Shown here piece by piece: positions 51,284-63,866 of a DNA stretch of 63,866 bases (position 1 is the stretch's first letter; each line of letters begins with the position of its first letter). Position numbers and translations under genes: made by a program. Source of the DNA: Octopus bimaculoides (Eukaryota); the NCBI RefSeq assembly GCF_001194135.2, contig NC_068984.1, positions 20,166,862 to 20,230,727 on the forward strand. Reading direction: 5' to 3'. The notes beneath the pieces are model-generated. The model searched no databases. It saw nothing but the letters and a program-made list of their open reading frames with translations, and was not told the origin of the DNA.

Positions 51284-51744
51284 CTGTTTAAAGGCAAAAA
51301 TTACATAATAATAATAAAGGATCGAAAAACATTAAAAATGGGGAACAAGAAGAAAATGTTTTAAAAGTTAATCAGTGTAGGGGTGTGTAGTACCTATGAC
51401 CTTTGCAGACCACCCAGATTGGTGAGATTTACATGGATGGTTCCCAGTTTGAACAGATACAAATACACTGACTGCAACTGTTTATGTTTGACATTAGAGA
51501 ACTTACAAATGGTAGATAGGATTTGAAATGGTTTTCTAGCAAGTGTACCATTTCCCACAATGCTAGTTATATAAATCAAGAAGTGGAAATCTTTGACAAT
51601 AGATGTAGAGATTGCAATATAAATACGTTGAAATCTTGTAGACATGGTTATAAGGACTAGCTTCTTTCATCAAATCACAATTAAAAATAGTTTTACAACA
51701 AATTCTTACAAGTGAGAAAAACAATTAGACATTTTTTCATTTGT

Positions 51745-52100
51745 GTTCGAGCATGGCCTAATACACCATTTCGAGCGTGGCCTTTGCCAGTAAGACATCC
51801 GAGCGAGATTGTTGCCAGTGCCCCTGGACTGGTTCTTGTGCAGGTGGCACATAAAATATACCATTTCGAGCGTGGCCGTTGCCAGTACCCGCCTGACTGG
51901 CCCTTGTGCCGGTGGCACGTAAAAGCACCCATTACACTCTCTGAGTGGTTGGCGTTAGGAAGGGCATCTAGCTGTAGAAACTCTGCCAAATCAGATTGGA
52001 GCCTGGTGTCGCCTCCTGGTCCACCAGTCCTCAGTCAAATCGTCCAACCCATGCTAGCATGGAAAGCGGACGTTAAACGACGATGATGATGATGATGATG
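51745..52100 (+). mobile_element. Short RTE-3'-end element, family B
   Basis: Conserved body with (GAT)n tail. Confidence 0.85.
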
Positions 52101-53165
52101 ACAGTAGATATCTGAATCAGAGACATTAGAATTGTTGACCAAACATTTTACCAATAAACAAAATGCATGGTTACTGTAGCAGTGAACATGCACACAATCA
52201 AAGGCTCAAAGAATCCAATGTTTGGTGTCTATAACAATAAACTCAGATTGTTCATAAGATGTCACACCAATAAACCAAATGAGGGAGCTGGTGGCCTCAC
52301 TCAACCTGCTGCTAAAAATAGTAACCAAACCACCCCACTCCTATTGTCTTAAGGAAAGGACATTATATAATGTAATCCTATATACCCCAAGCTTAAATGT
52401 CTGATTATAGACCTGCTGATTTAGATTTTGACATTGGATCAAAAAGTACACAGGTAAAACAATACTTAATGTACTTAACAGTGACCTAAATATGATGTTT
52501 TACCAGTGAATATCAGGTGTCTATAATATTGACTAAGTTGTTGATCAGACACTATCAGTGAACTAAATATTTAGTATCTGTAGCAGCAGCTATGTAGTTG
52601 TTGTGAAATGCCACAAAATTTCCAGTGGCTGAAGTTTGTTTCAAGTCATACATTTAGTACGCAACTTTTACAAGAAAGACACATAATAAAAGTGAAATTA
52701 ATATGATGGATTACTGACTATATGGCCATGTGTTCAAACTTCACTGCCTGCAGCAAGATACAGTCTCCCTACCTGGAAAACAAGTTCCTCTTCAACTCCA
52801 CCAGCAGGCAGGTGTTTCAGAGTAAAAATGGCATGCAGTTAAAATTTCTCTAACAATACACAAAAATCTATAGATTTCCATAAAACATCCTATTCATGAG
52901 TCTTTGGTAAAAACAATGTAAAAGGTTTTGCTTTCCTTTAAAGCAGGAAAAATAGAGTACAAACAGAACTGCAAGCTATGCCTCTTTGGGGACACAAGAT
53001 ATCAACAAACAATGAACAATAAAAAAATAAAAGTATTAATAGGATTCCTTATCTAGTTCACTAGACAAACTATCAATACAAATAACCTAAATATACCAAT
53101 TATCATAGAAATTAGAATCTATAGTGCTCAGAGAAAAATGTATCAAGATATGAAAATCAACTTAC

Positions 53166-53253
53166 CATAATATGATATAGATTCTCTATCTTGGTGCCTC
53201 AGTGTAAACAGATCATCTTCTAAACTAATAAAGTTTAAATTTTGATCGTAAAT
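53166..53253 (-). CDS. SCFD1: SCFD1 exon: IYDQNLNFISLEDDLFTLRHQDRESISYY
   Basis: ttacag/gtaagt, 88 nt. Confidence 0.95.
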
Positions 53254-53739
53254 CTGTAATAATACACAAAAGTCATAAGTTGAAACAAAAATTATTCACA
53301 ACATACATGTTACAGAATTAATTAGTAATTTATTATGCATATATTACTTTATGGAAAATTTCCTTTTGAAGTATCCACTATTAAATAGAACCAAAGTGTT
53401 GCTTATATTAGAACATATCAGCATAAATTTATAGAATATATTCATACCAATAAGTTATCAAACTAAATATCAACCTCCAGCAACAAGAGCAGGGAAATCT
53501 GTACATGTTCAAGAGGCAAGTGGGGACACACAAGTGCAATATGTAATTTGTTCAATATTAGAAAACTTCTAATAGTTTTAATTATTAGCAGCTGTTGATA
53601 CCAACTAGGCTTCAGTTCACTACTGCTTCATCAGTCAAGTATGTTATGAAATAAAATAGTTTCATTAACATTGCTATCTGCAGTCAACCATAATGACAAT
53701 GACTGTTCATGGCACTGACATGACTTGATAAGCTTTCTT

Positions 53740-53890
53740 CATACCTGTCGGTTTTTCGCTTGAGTTTGCTATTCATATTCCTTTTTGCAGTATCTTTGAA
53801 TCTCGGTCTAGATCCTCCAGGGTGTCTTTTCTCCTTGCATAGCTGGGAGCAAAGAAGTTATCTAAGGATTCTGCTATTGCCCGACGGTTT
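53740..53890 (-). mobile_element. Degenerate RTE LINE C-terminal fragment
   Basis: Reads EKRHPGGSRPRFKDTAKRNM, resembling RTE GKR..GRP..RFKD..KR. Confidence 0.55.
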
Positions 53891-55186
53891 AGAATTCAAA
53901 TGAGATCAACTTTGCCTTTCAGCTTCCACGGATCAATAAAATAAGCACCAGTAATATACTAGGCTGATTTAATCAACTGCTCCTGTCTTTGTGGCCTAGT
54001 GCCACTTACAGAAATCAATATTCGGAGGGTTGAGGAAAATGGAAGAAACAGTAGAAATGCTTTACTCAGTTATTCCCCTTTACATTCTCAAATTCCTCAC
54101 ACGTACTGCCTGACTTCAATTTTTTAAGACCACAAACAGCTGTGTTAGCTTTGCTAGGTATGTGACAGATGTAATTGTTGAGCAATAAGTCTATTTACCA
54201 ATGAAAACCTTCACCATCCTTTCTTTTTCCTCTACGTCTGTAACCTAATATGAAAGATTATCTGTAATTTTGCTGTGTGTAATGTAGTCTGGATGTAAAA
54301 AAGAAAATTTACCATTTTGTAACATTTTCTCTGATAGTCATTGCCTTATTTCAAACTGATGAGACATTTTGTTAAAATGTCTTTGGGAATAGAAGCACTC
54401 CGACTGTTACGACAATGAATGTCCCAGCTGATACGATCAACGGAAGAGCTTTCTCATGAAATTAACATGCAAGTGGCTGAGCACTCCACAGATACATGTA
54501 CCCTTAACATAGTTCTCAGGGAGATTCAGCATGACGCAGAGTGTGACAAGGCTAGCCCTTTGAAATACAGGTACTACTCATTTTTGCTAGCTGAGTGGAC
54601 TGGAGCAACGTGAAATAAAGTTGTGAGGAATTGAACTCACAACCTTACTGAAATAAACATCCATCATCTCAACCTACATAGTATTTCTCTTCTTCATCAC
54701 TGAGGACTAGACTTTGATGGCAGGCTGCTTTCAGAGCCATTTTGCTGAAGAATTTATTGTAGGTAATAGAACACAGGAGCTCTTCAATATTTGGAAGTGG
54801 ATGAGAATCTAGAAAGTAGTAGCAATTTTTATATTTGAAGAACAAATATAAATATTCATTATTTAAAGCAAATGGCCAATTGTTAGCCTTTAGCTCACAC
54901 ATACTACAGAACACCAGAACTGAAAGTAGCAATAATTATTTCATATCCCTAGATCTGCATCAAACAACAGCCAAATCATCTACAAAACCATATATAACCT
55001 TTTGTAAAAAAAGGAAAAGACACACTGTGTAATGTAGTCCTATGTGAAAATGTCTAAAAATAAGATAAGGTGGTCATGTTTGGAATGCTTCTGACTGAGT
55101 TTACTTGAACAGCAGTGAACATCCAGCAAATAAATTTAAGGCTTACATAAAAATAAATACAAGAAATAACTGACGTTATAACTAAC

Positions 55187-55309
55187 CTTTGATATCTGTG
55201 ACACACAATTATGCTGGATCGCAGTGTTTGCGATGTCTTCCAGTTTTTGTCGTGAAACACAAGATATAAAGTTCAAAAAATAGGAATCATACATTTGATT
55301 TTCAAAATC
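55187..55309 (-). CDS. SCFD1: SCFD1 exon: DFENQMYDSYFLNFISCVSRQKLEDIANTAIQHNCVSQISK
   Basis: tttcag/gttagt, 123 nt. Confidence 0.96.
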
Positions 55310-56328
55310 CTGAAAGAAGAAAAACACATGATAGCGAACAACTTAAAAGTAAAAAGTCAGGATGAAAGTTATTTGGGAGTCTTTTGAATGGGCAAATAAC
55401 AGTGAATATAAGGATATATAGACCATGTTACAGTTTACATTGTCGATGGCAAAGAAAGTCTGGCTTGGTTTTAACACTTCTAAAATATATCTTTATCTTC
55501 TATTTTGTACTTGTTTCAGTCATTGGGACTGTGACCATGATGAGGTGCCACCTTAAACCATTATACTCAAATTGACCACAGAATTTAAGTTTTTTGTCTA
55601 AAGTTTGGCACTTAATCTATCAGTTGCTTTTGCTGAGCCACTAAGTTAGAGATGTAAACAAACCAACAACAGTTGTCAAGTGGTTGGAGGAGACAAACAC
55701 AGACACACAGGTCTACCAGATTCACTCACAAGCTACTAATCGGCCCGAGGTTATAATAAGACACTTATCCAAGGTGCCACACCGTAGGACTGAACCTGAA
55801 ACTATATGCTTCCAAAGTGAGCTTAATAACACAGCCATGCCTGTTGGGATTTATAGTCATAAAAAAAAAAAACACGTGTAGTTTTTGTTCAAATTATGCT
55901 ACATACATTTCCATAGCATAGCTATTTATTTGTTAATAATATGAACATATCATAATATGAACATATCTAATATAAGATTCTTGATATGAAATTATGAGAC
56001 AGACATGGAGTAATTATAATGAAAGTGAAATATAACTTCCGTGTGTGTGTTCATTATTGGCATAGATTCTCCTAAAATGCAATGAAAATTATTGTTCTAT
56101 CTTTACAGAAAGAGAAAATAAATTTCTAAAACATTTTGGGATTATTTCAAACAGGTATTTATATTTCAAAGAGACAATTGCTACACTTTTAAACACTTTG
56201 ATATATCAATAGCCATACTGATTGAATTTCTGCATGCACACACACACACACACACACAGAGTTTAACACATTTTGTTAAATACCATTTCACAATTTGTAG
56301 CTTAACAGTTTTCTAATAAAATACTCAC

Positions 56329-56419
56329 CCTGCATATTCTTTGGATATTATCATCTGTTGGCATAACAAAGTATATAGCAGGAACATCAGGAATTGGGTC
56401 TCGATCTGAATGGAGAAGC
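56329..56419 (-). CDS. SCFD1: SCFD1 exon: (M)[30 protein letters not shown]
   Basis: tttcag/gtgagt, 91 nt; hallmark [15 protein letters not shown]. Confidence 0.97.
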
Positions 56420-57185
56420 CTGAAAGAAATTCCAATCATTTCTTTAAGTAAAGCAAGCCAAATAAAAGAAGAAGAAAAAAAAATTACTTTCAATGTCTTT
56501 CAAAAACAGTTATTTTATATTTTATTTTAATTAATTCATATTAAAATGGTACTGTAATTCTTCCTCTCTTTGACATTTGGGGTAACCCAAATTAATTTTT
56601 ATTTTTTAATTATCCTCTTGTTCATGTTAAACCAATTCCTTTATTGCATTAAATTTATAACAAATCATTGCATTTTCTCAAACTTTTATATTAAATCCAA
56701 AGGCTATGAGGGTTTATAACATAGTCCCAAGTCGTTTATATGGCATGCAACTCACCCAAAGATGTGAACCATTAACTTGTCAAAGATTCCACAATGGGTT
56801 GAACAAAACAAAGATTTTGTAAACCAAGAAGAGATGTAACTAAAGTCATAAATACTGTAGCTTAATGAAACAATAAAATGAATTAAACAAACATGAAAAA
56901 TTAATAATTGAAAGAATAACTGACAGAAAGGCACTGCATGAAGGTAGCAAATTAAGAAGCAGAGAAAAGAGGAATTAAAATAGATAGAAGATAAGAGTAG
57001 GTTTGGTGATGCAAACAGGGGAAAAGAGAAGTCAAAACATGAGAGAGTGAGAAAGAATGTGTGTGTGTTAGAAATAAAGTGAGAGGATAGTAGAGAGAGA
57101 AGCAACAGATAATGCAAAGTGGTAGCAATAGTAATGCATTGTAACAGTAGTGGTTGTAGTAGGAAAGATACTTGTTATATACATA

Positions 57186-58975
57186 TCATCATCGCTTAAA
57201 GTCCGTTTTCCATGCTGACATGGGTTGGTTAGTCTGACTGAGGATTGGCAAGCCAGTAGGCTGCACCAGGCTCCAATCTGATCTGGCAAGGTTTCTACAC
57301 CTGGATGCCCTTCCTAATGCCAACCACTCTGAGAGTGCAATGGGTGCTTTTTACGGGCCACCAGCATGGGAGCCAGTCAGGAAGCACTGGCACTGACCAC
57401 ATTTAGATGGTACCTTTTATGTACCACCAGCACAGGAGCCAGTCAGGGGGCACAGGCACTGACCACATTCAGCAGATGCTTTTTATGTCCCACCAGCATG
57501 GGGAGCCAATCTGGCAGTGACCCATGCTAGAGTGGTGCTTTTTACGTGCCACCAACATGGGTACCAGTCAGGCAGCACTGGCATCAGTGATGACTACAAT
57601 TTCACTTGATTCAACAGGTCTTCTCAAACACAGCATATTGCCTGGTAATTCAAGGATACTTTTAAATGGGCTGGTTGTGTGACACTGGTATCACCCACGG
57701 CTGTGATCTTACTTTACTTGTCGGGTCTTCTCAATCACAGCATATCTCCAAAGGTCTCAGTCGCTTGTAGTTGCCTCTGTGAGGCCCAACGTTCGAAGGT
57801 CATGCTTCACCACTTCATTCCATGTTTTCCTGGGTCTGCCCCTTCCACAGTTAGGGTGTGACACTTCTTCACACAGCTCTCCTCATCCATATGCAGCACA
57901 TGACCATACCAGAGCAGTCATCCCTCTTGCACACCACATCTGATGCTTCTTATGTCCAACATTTCTCTCAGGGCACTTACACTCTGTCGTGTGTGCACAC
58001 TGACATTACACATCCAGCAGATCATACTAGCTTCATTTCTTTCAAGCCTACACTTGTCCTCAGCAGTCATGACACATGTTTCACTGCCATGTAACATGGC
58101 TGATCACACAGATGCATCATATAGTCTACCTTTCACTTTGTTACCAGCAGAGGTAAGAGCACTCTGAACTTTTCCCAGGCTATTCTTATTTTAGCAGCTA
58201 TGCTCTCTGATCATCCACCCCACCTAGGTAGCAGAAGCTATCAACTACTTCTAGTTTCTCCCCTTGGCATGTGACGGAATCTGTTTTCTGTACATCTTCA
58301 GTGTTTGTTGCCCCTTGTGCATCTCCCACACACAAAAACTATCTTCCTGGTTAACCTTCCTTTGATATTGCTGCACCTCTTATGTATCCATAGCTTACAC
58401 CAGGTACATCTTATGGAATTTCTACCTACAACTTTTCTACAGATCAAGCAGAGCCATCTACCTGAAGGGATTTGTGATTTGTCAACCTTCCTGCTTACTA
58501 AGATTTTGGTTTTTGCTACACTGACTCTAAGGCCCTTTGATTCTAGACCTTGCTTTCACACCTGAAACTTCGTCTCTAGTTTTGGTAGTGACTCAGCTAT
58601 TAGAGCAAGGTCATCGGCATAGAGGAGCTCCTAGGGGCAGCTTGTCTTGAATTCCTCTGTTATTGCCTGGAGTCCTGGGGGCTGAGGACTGATCCTTGGT
58701 GAACCCCTACTTCTACCTGGAATTCTTCACTATACTCGTTGCCAACCCTCACCTTACTGGCAACATCCCTGTACAGGTTTTGTACAGCTCTCACCAACCA
58801 CTCATCTATCACTAATTTCTGCATTGACCGCCAGATAAGGGACCAGGGGACCCTGTCAAAGGCTTTCTCCATGTCAACAAAAGCCAAGTATAGAGGTCTA
58901 TGTTTGGCTAGATATTTCTCCTGCAGTTGCCTTACCAGAAATATAGCATCAGTGGTGCTTCTACCTGGCACAAAA
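57186..58975 (-). mobile_element. 5'-truncated, inactive RTE LINE (RT domain to 3' UTR)
   Basis: ORF 58660..58971 reads STTDAIFLVRQLQEKY..FVDMEKAFDRVP..GVHQGSVLSP; then a deletion/frameshift, a TAG stop and LYADD; (ATG)n tail at about 57186. Confidence 0.92.
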
Positions 58976-59361
58976 CCAAACTTACCTTACCTCTTGTATG
59001 CAGCATATATCAACAGTTCTCCATTCAAGCATCTCTACAATCTCATTCAATCTACATCTCAATGTGCCTACATTGACAGTGCCACTCTAAAAAACTGGCA
59101 AAGGGATGTGGAAGGAAACATGGGAAGGAGAGATATTATTCAGCACCTGAAAAGAAGGTTTCCATGATCTTTTGATAGACATGTCACACAGGTTGTTCTC
59201 ACTTTAAACCTATCACCATTCAAACATGTTAAAATTGTTGTCCCTCCTGGGGGTAAGAATAGGAAGCATTGTAAATGAAAGTGTTATCAGCATTGTAAAT
59301 ATAAGCATTACTTGTAATGCAGATATATATAATAAAAGTAGATCATCGTCGTCATCGTCGT

Positions 59362-59725
59362 TTAACGTCCACTTTCCATTCTAGCATGGGTTGGACGATT
59401 TGACTGAGGACTGGTGAAACCAGATGGCTACACCAGGCTCCAATCTGATTTGGCAGAGTTTCTACAGCTGGATGCCCTTCCTAATGCCAACCACTCCGAG
59501 AGTGAAGTGGGTGCTTTTACGTGCCACCGGCACGAAGGCCAGTCAGGCGGTACTGGCAACGGTCACGCTCAAAATGGTGTATTTTACGTGCCACCTGCAC
59601 AGGAGCCAGTTCGGCAGCACTGGCAACAATCTTTACTCGAATGTCTTTACACGTGCCATCCGGCACAGGTGCCATGACGATTTCGCTTTCGCTTGCCCCA
59701 ATAGGTCTTCGCAAGATATGAATAG
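59362..59725 (-). mobile_element. Short RTE-3'-end element, family B
   Basis: Conserved body with a (CAT/CGT)n end. Confidence 0.85.
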
Positions 59726-60080
59726 AAATATGCCAATGTCAGATTAAGTAAGTAGGTGGGTTGCTATCTGGTTGCATTAGTCCCGGGGAAAAATAGAGAG
59801 AGAGAGAGAAAGAGAGAGGGGGGGGTACTATTTGGTTGGGTTAGTCCAGAGAGAGAAAGAAAGGAGGAGGGTGCTGGCAAGAACATTCAAACATGCTAAA
59901 ATTGTTGTCTCTGCTGGGGGTAAAAGTAGGAAGCATTCTAAATGAAAGTGTTATGGCATTGCGAATATAACCATTAATGGTGCTGCAGATATAAATAATA
60001 AAAATGTCTTCATAAAACTGAAATAAACTAAACCATCAAGAGAAAATACTTATCTCATAAAACAAGTGTATTATACTCAC

Positions 60081-60169
60081 ATATGCAAAGTTACACCTAA
60101 GTCTCTTAATTCTTTTACATTTAAAAGTGGAGAAATTATGTCCTGACCAAATCGATCGTAGACCAAAAC
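60081..60169 (-). CDS. SCFD1: SCFD1 exon: VLVYDRFGQDIISPLLNVKELRDLGVTLH
   Basis: tttcag/gtgagt, 89 nt. Confidence 0.97.
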
Positions 60170-61590
60170 CTGAAAATAGATATGACCTCTTTAAATTTCT
60201 TTATTCCATACATAATAGTAAATGAATATAAATATGAAAATATACTACATAGAAGGAAGTGTCAATATTATTCATAACATTGAAACATAGAATTAAATTA
60301 GGTGTTGGATAAGCAAAGATGGATTAAACAACTAGCAGTATTCAATTTGATATTCTTCAATATTCTTAATTCAAATCCTTGAGGTCAGCTTTTCATTTTA
60401 ATTCTTCCAGGATCAAAAGATATATAAGTAAAACACACAGTTTTTATTCAGAATTACTGCTATCCTAGATGGATTGACTGGATGCTATTTGCAGAGTTCA
60501 GATACCTTCCTTTTGGGTTTCTTTTTTTCTGTTTTTTTTTAGTAAAGCTGTCATACCTGGATGCTCATCCTATAATCAACCACTTTACAGTGTGGATTAG
60601 GTACATTTGATTGTGCCACCAGCACTAAAACCTTTACTACAGAGATAAGTAACCTTCATGGCAGGTTGCAGAATCCATGTCACCTCTGTGTGATTAGCAG
60701 TGAACCCTTTTCAAATACTGTTGTGTTTGATGTCAGGAGAGGGTTCAGCTACCAATGAGACCACAGCTGAGAAGGAAGAGGGTTGTTCTAATGTAGCCTT
60801 CCCATTATACCAGCCATAGTTAACAAGAATAAAGGATGTTTGTAATCTAATGTAGCTAGGACATCAGCTTCTGAGACAGGTTTTCACTACGGTTGAGAAA
60901 CTGTCTCTCCATGATGTCATTAGCAAGGCAGCTTACAAACTCAGACTAGGGCAGCTGGGTATGAGGATATCTCCATAACATGGAAAGACGGGGCACTTAG
61001 TTACCAAAGGAGTTTGTTGTAAATAATAACAAACAAGTCTGGTTTGTCAAAAGATGGCTATCAAGAAGGTAATTTATACAGATCAGAGGCCCTTGACATG
61101 TATTTCAGCCACTGTCAGCAATTTGCAGAGACATACATATAATTTCCAATTCCACACTGAAGTAAGGAAATAATAGGTTTTCAAAGTTGAAAATATCTGT
61201 CTTGAGATACTGATGGTTAAATATAGTTCCAGATTTAGCAAAATCTTCAAATTCAGCTCAGCCCCCTACTTCAAATCCCTATAAAATCAGAACCATACAT
61301 AGGAGCTAAATTTTTCAGGATTATCAAGGTACAAGGACTACTTCACTCAGGAAAATTTTCAGGTAATTTGAAAGACACCAAGCATGTTTCACTATTAGCT
61401 GTAATGCCCCAGGCTATTTTAGTTTATCTTCATATGCCCAACACACATACACATACCAAATTTCACTCACATAATACTGATCAGTGTGAAGTTATAGCAG
61501 AAGCTATAAACTTCTTAGCAACACAGTCACGTCTTCACCTATTGTTTATAAAATTTATTGCTCAGTAAATTTTTACAAAGTAAAACTTAC

Positions 61591-61661
61591 CTTCCATTGT
61601 GGCTCGGCTGAGACTTGCTTTGTCGGCTGATTATTGAAAGCAAGCATACGCTTGAGAGCCA
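61591..61661 (-). CDS. SCFD1: SCFD1 exon: (V)ALKRMLAFNNQPTKQVSAEPQWK; first exon within the window
   Basis: ttgcag/gtaagt, 71 nt, starts in phase 1; the ATG exon must lie beyond 63866. Confidence 0.95.
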
Positions 61662-62134
61662 CTGCAAAGTGAAAAACAATAATTGGTTAACAAAGTAAAT
61701 TTAGTTAATATGCTTCTTTTATTAGATAATTCAAATTTGATTTTAAATATTCTGCTTTGATAATACTTTTGCTATTTAACCCAAGCCATCCTTCACAGAG
61801 CAAACTTATGATCAAAGGTATTCCTGCTGTGACAACCCACAGCTTTTATTCAGACATAGTGTGTACCTACAGCTACAAAACTGTCTAGGTCCTATTTCTA
61901 AGATAGCACAGTATGATTTAGAGATTTCACTACTGTTTCTAGCAGGTTGGTTGATGACAAAGAGTAGGTGACCTCTTGCTTCCAGGAGTGGATACCTACT
62001 TCTCAAATTCCAATGTTTTTGTACACTCAATGTTTTCTAATTTATAATTAGCTGCTCTTTTAAAGTTTCTATTAATAAAAATCCACTCATTTATTTATAA
62101 TTATGCACGAATGTTTTATTCAATTAAGTGAGTT

Positions 62135-62417
62135 CGTTGCCAGTGCCCCTGGACTGGCTCCTGTACAGGTGGCACGTAAAATATACCATTTCGAGCGTGG
62201 CCATTGCCAGTACCTCCTGACTGGCCTTCGTGTGGGTGGCACGTAAAAGCACCCACTACACTCTCTGAGTGGTTGGCGTTAGAAAGCATCCCAGCTGTAG
62301 AAACTCTGCCAAATCAGATTGGAGCCTGGTGTAGTAATCTGGTTCACCAGTCCTCAGTCAAATCGTCCAACCCATGCTAGCATGGAAAGCGGACGTTAAA
62401 CGATGATGATGATGATG
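62135..62417 (+). mobile_element. Short RTE-3'-end element, family B
   Basis: Conserved body with (GAT)n tail. Confidence 0.85.
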
Positions 62418-62904
62418 AAATAAAACACATTATTTGCTTATAGAGTAAGAGTGGCTCAGTATTCTTATTTGACCCATGTAAGCTAGAAGATGGCAGTGCT
62501 TATTAAGTGGCTTTTGTGAGGGATGAAATAGACATTGTGAGCACAGGTTGAGTGAGGCCATGTCAATGGGCCCCTACTCCAGCATGTCTGTGCATTGGGG
62601 AAAGGGAGGAGTAAAGTTGCCATTTGTATTTTGTTATTCATTATCATATAAATGTATTGCTTTACAAGTATTATGTAATTTGATATGATATGTTAAATAT
62701 ACATGTAGAAAATTTACCATTAGTGATATTGGCAGGTATTCAATTTTGGAGCAACAGAGTGGCATAAAATATTAAAGCAGTAATTGTAGTGGTGCATAAA
62801 CCATGACCACCTGCCAAAATGGAATGCTTATGTCAGTATCAACAAGTCATAGCAGAGATGATGCCAAGTTGTATATGATCGAACTTTGACAACCATTCAC
62901 TGTC

Positions 62905-63012
62905 CTGATGGAGCTGAGACAAGGCTGTCTATCTCCCTTTCTTTTACCAATGGCAATTGATTCAGTGATGAAAGAAAGAACCAAAGTACAACCCAGAGGA
63001 ATTATAATGGTC
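62905..63012 (+). mobile_element. Degenerate RTE-type RT fragment
   Basis: Reads ELRQGCLSPFLLPMAIDSVMK, resembling GVRQGC.LSP.LF...ID..MK. Confidence 0.65.
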
Positions 63013-63866
63013 CCAAATTAACATGCCAAGATAAAACAGGTGGTGTTCTACTATTTTACATCTTCAATCACCACCATATGCCAACATTAAGGATATGAGC
63101 TTTTTTTATATATATTTTTTTTTCTTTTAATCCTTAACATAATTATGATACCTTGAAACATGACTCTTCCTCACAATGAAACAATTTCCATCCATCACAT
63201 TAATATAGCACAGGCAGAGCTGAGCTGAAGCTGGTTCACATTTATTCACATGAACCAGTTGTTAGAGCTTTTTTAAGAAATGAGAACTACTTGTTCACTT
63301 TCATGGCAGCTATTTTTGCTTCAAGGAAATATGCCCTATTTATTCTCAGTCTAAGTACTTTTGCCATGATAATTTCTACCGTAAGTATTTCGCCATAAAC
63401 TTTCTGTTGTCAAATATATTCGCTGCAATATTTTTAAAATACAACTAAGGTACTATAGTTGAACTAATAAAATAATCTAGTTCATAATCTACTTGTTACA
63501 AAGTACCTCGTTTGTCAAATTATAAAAAGAAAAAGACTAACAATATGAGTTAACCATCGATAATGCATTTAAGTTTTTAATTAGTTCAGTCCTCTTCATT
63601 ATTAAAGCTAATGCATTCCGAGTTCAAATGCCATCATGGTCAACTTCGCCTTTCATCCTTTTGGGGTTGATAAAATAAGTACCAGCTAAACACTGAGGCT
63701 GGTGTAACAAACTAGAAAATTTCAGGCCTTGTAAAAGAATTATTAATGTTATGTTTTTTTTTCCAATGTTATCCATCATATGACAAATAACAGTCTAGTT
63801 ATTAAAAAAAAAAAAAAAAGGAATGGTAAGGTAAATAAAAATGTTGAATTCTTTTTAAAAAAAAAA

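Noticed and set aside
51693-52086. Recurrent ORFs beginning MAEFLQLDALPNANH (also 13897, 34026, 59414)
   Set aside because: These are translations of family B repeat copies, not genes.

Overview
AT-rich, intron-dominated eukaryotic DNA, dense in SINEs and microsatellites, with several N gaps. The repeat families look like those of an octopus (coleoid cephalopod) draft assembly; this is recognition from memory, not a database result. One clear host gene is present: SCFD1/Sly1 (Sec1/Munc18 family) on the minus strand. I could rebuild 15 consecutive coding exons (61661 down to 40254, 1343 nt, about 448 codons), all with GT-AG introns and consistent phases. Its first exon lies beyond the right edge, and I could not find its C-terminal exons in the remaining ~40 kb. 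About 2 kb past the last SCFD1 exon found, on the opposite strand, is an uninterrupted single-exon 658-aa hAT-transposase-like ORF (36315-38291). It keeps the Zn finger, DDE triad, CxxH motif and dimerisation motif, has a CpG-rich 5' region and a CpG-poor body, and has no convincing TIR/TSD pair. It is either a domesticated gene or an aged but still open transposon copy, and is the main lead. The rest is RTE and CR1 LINE relics, several SINE families, TA- and TTAA-type MITEs, minisatellites and gap-flanking duplications. No tRNA, rRNA or CRISPR feature is supported.
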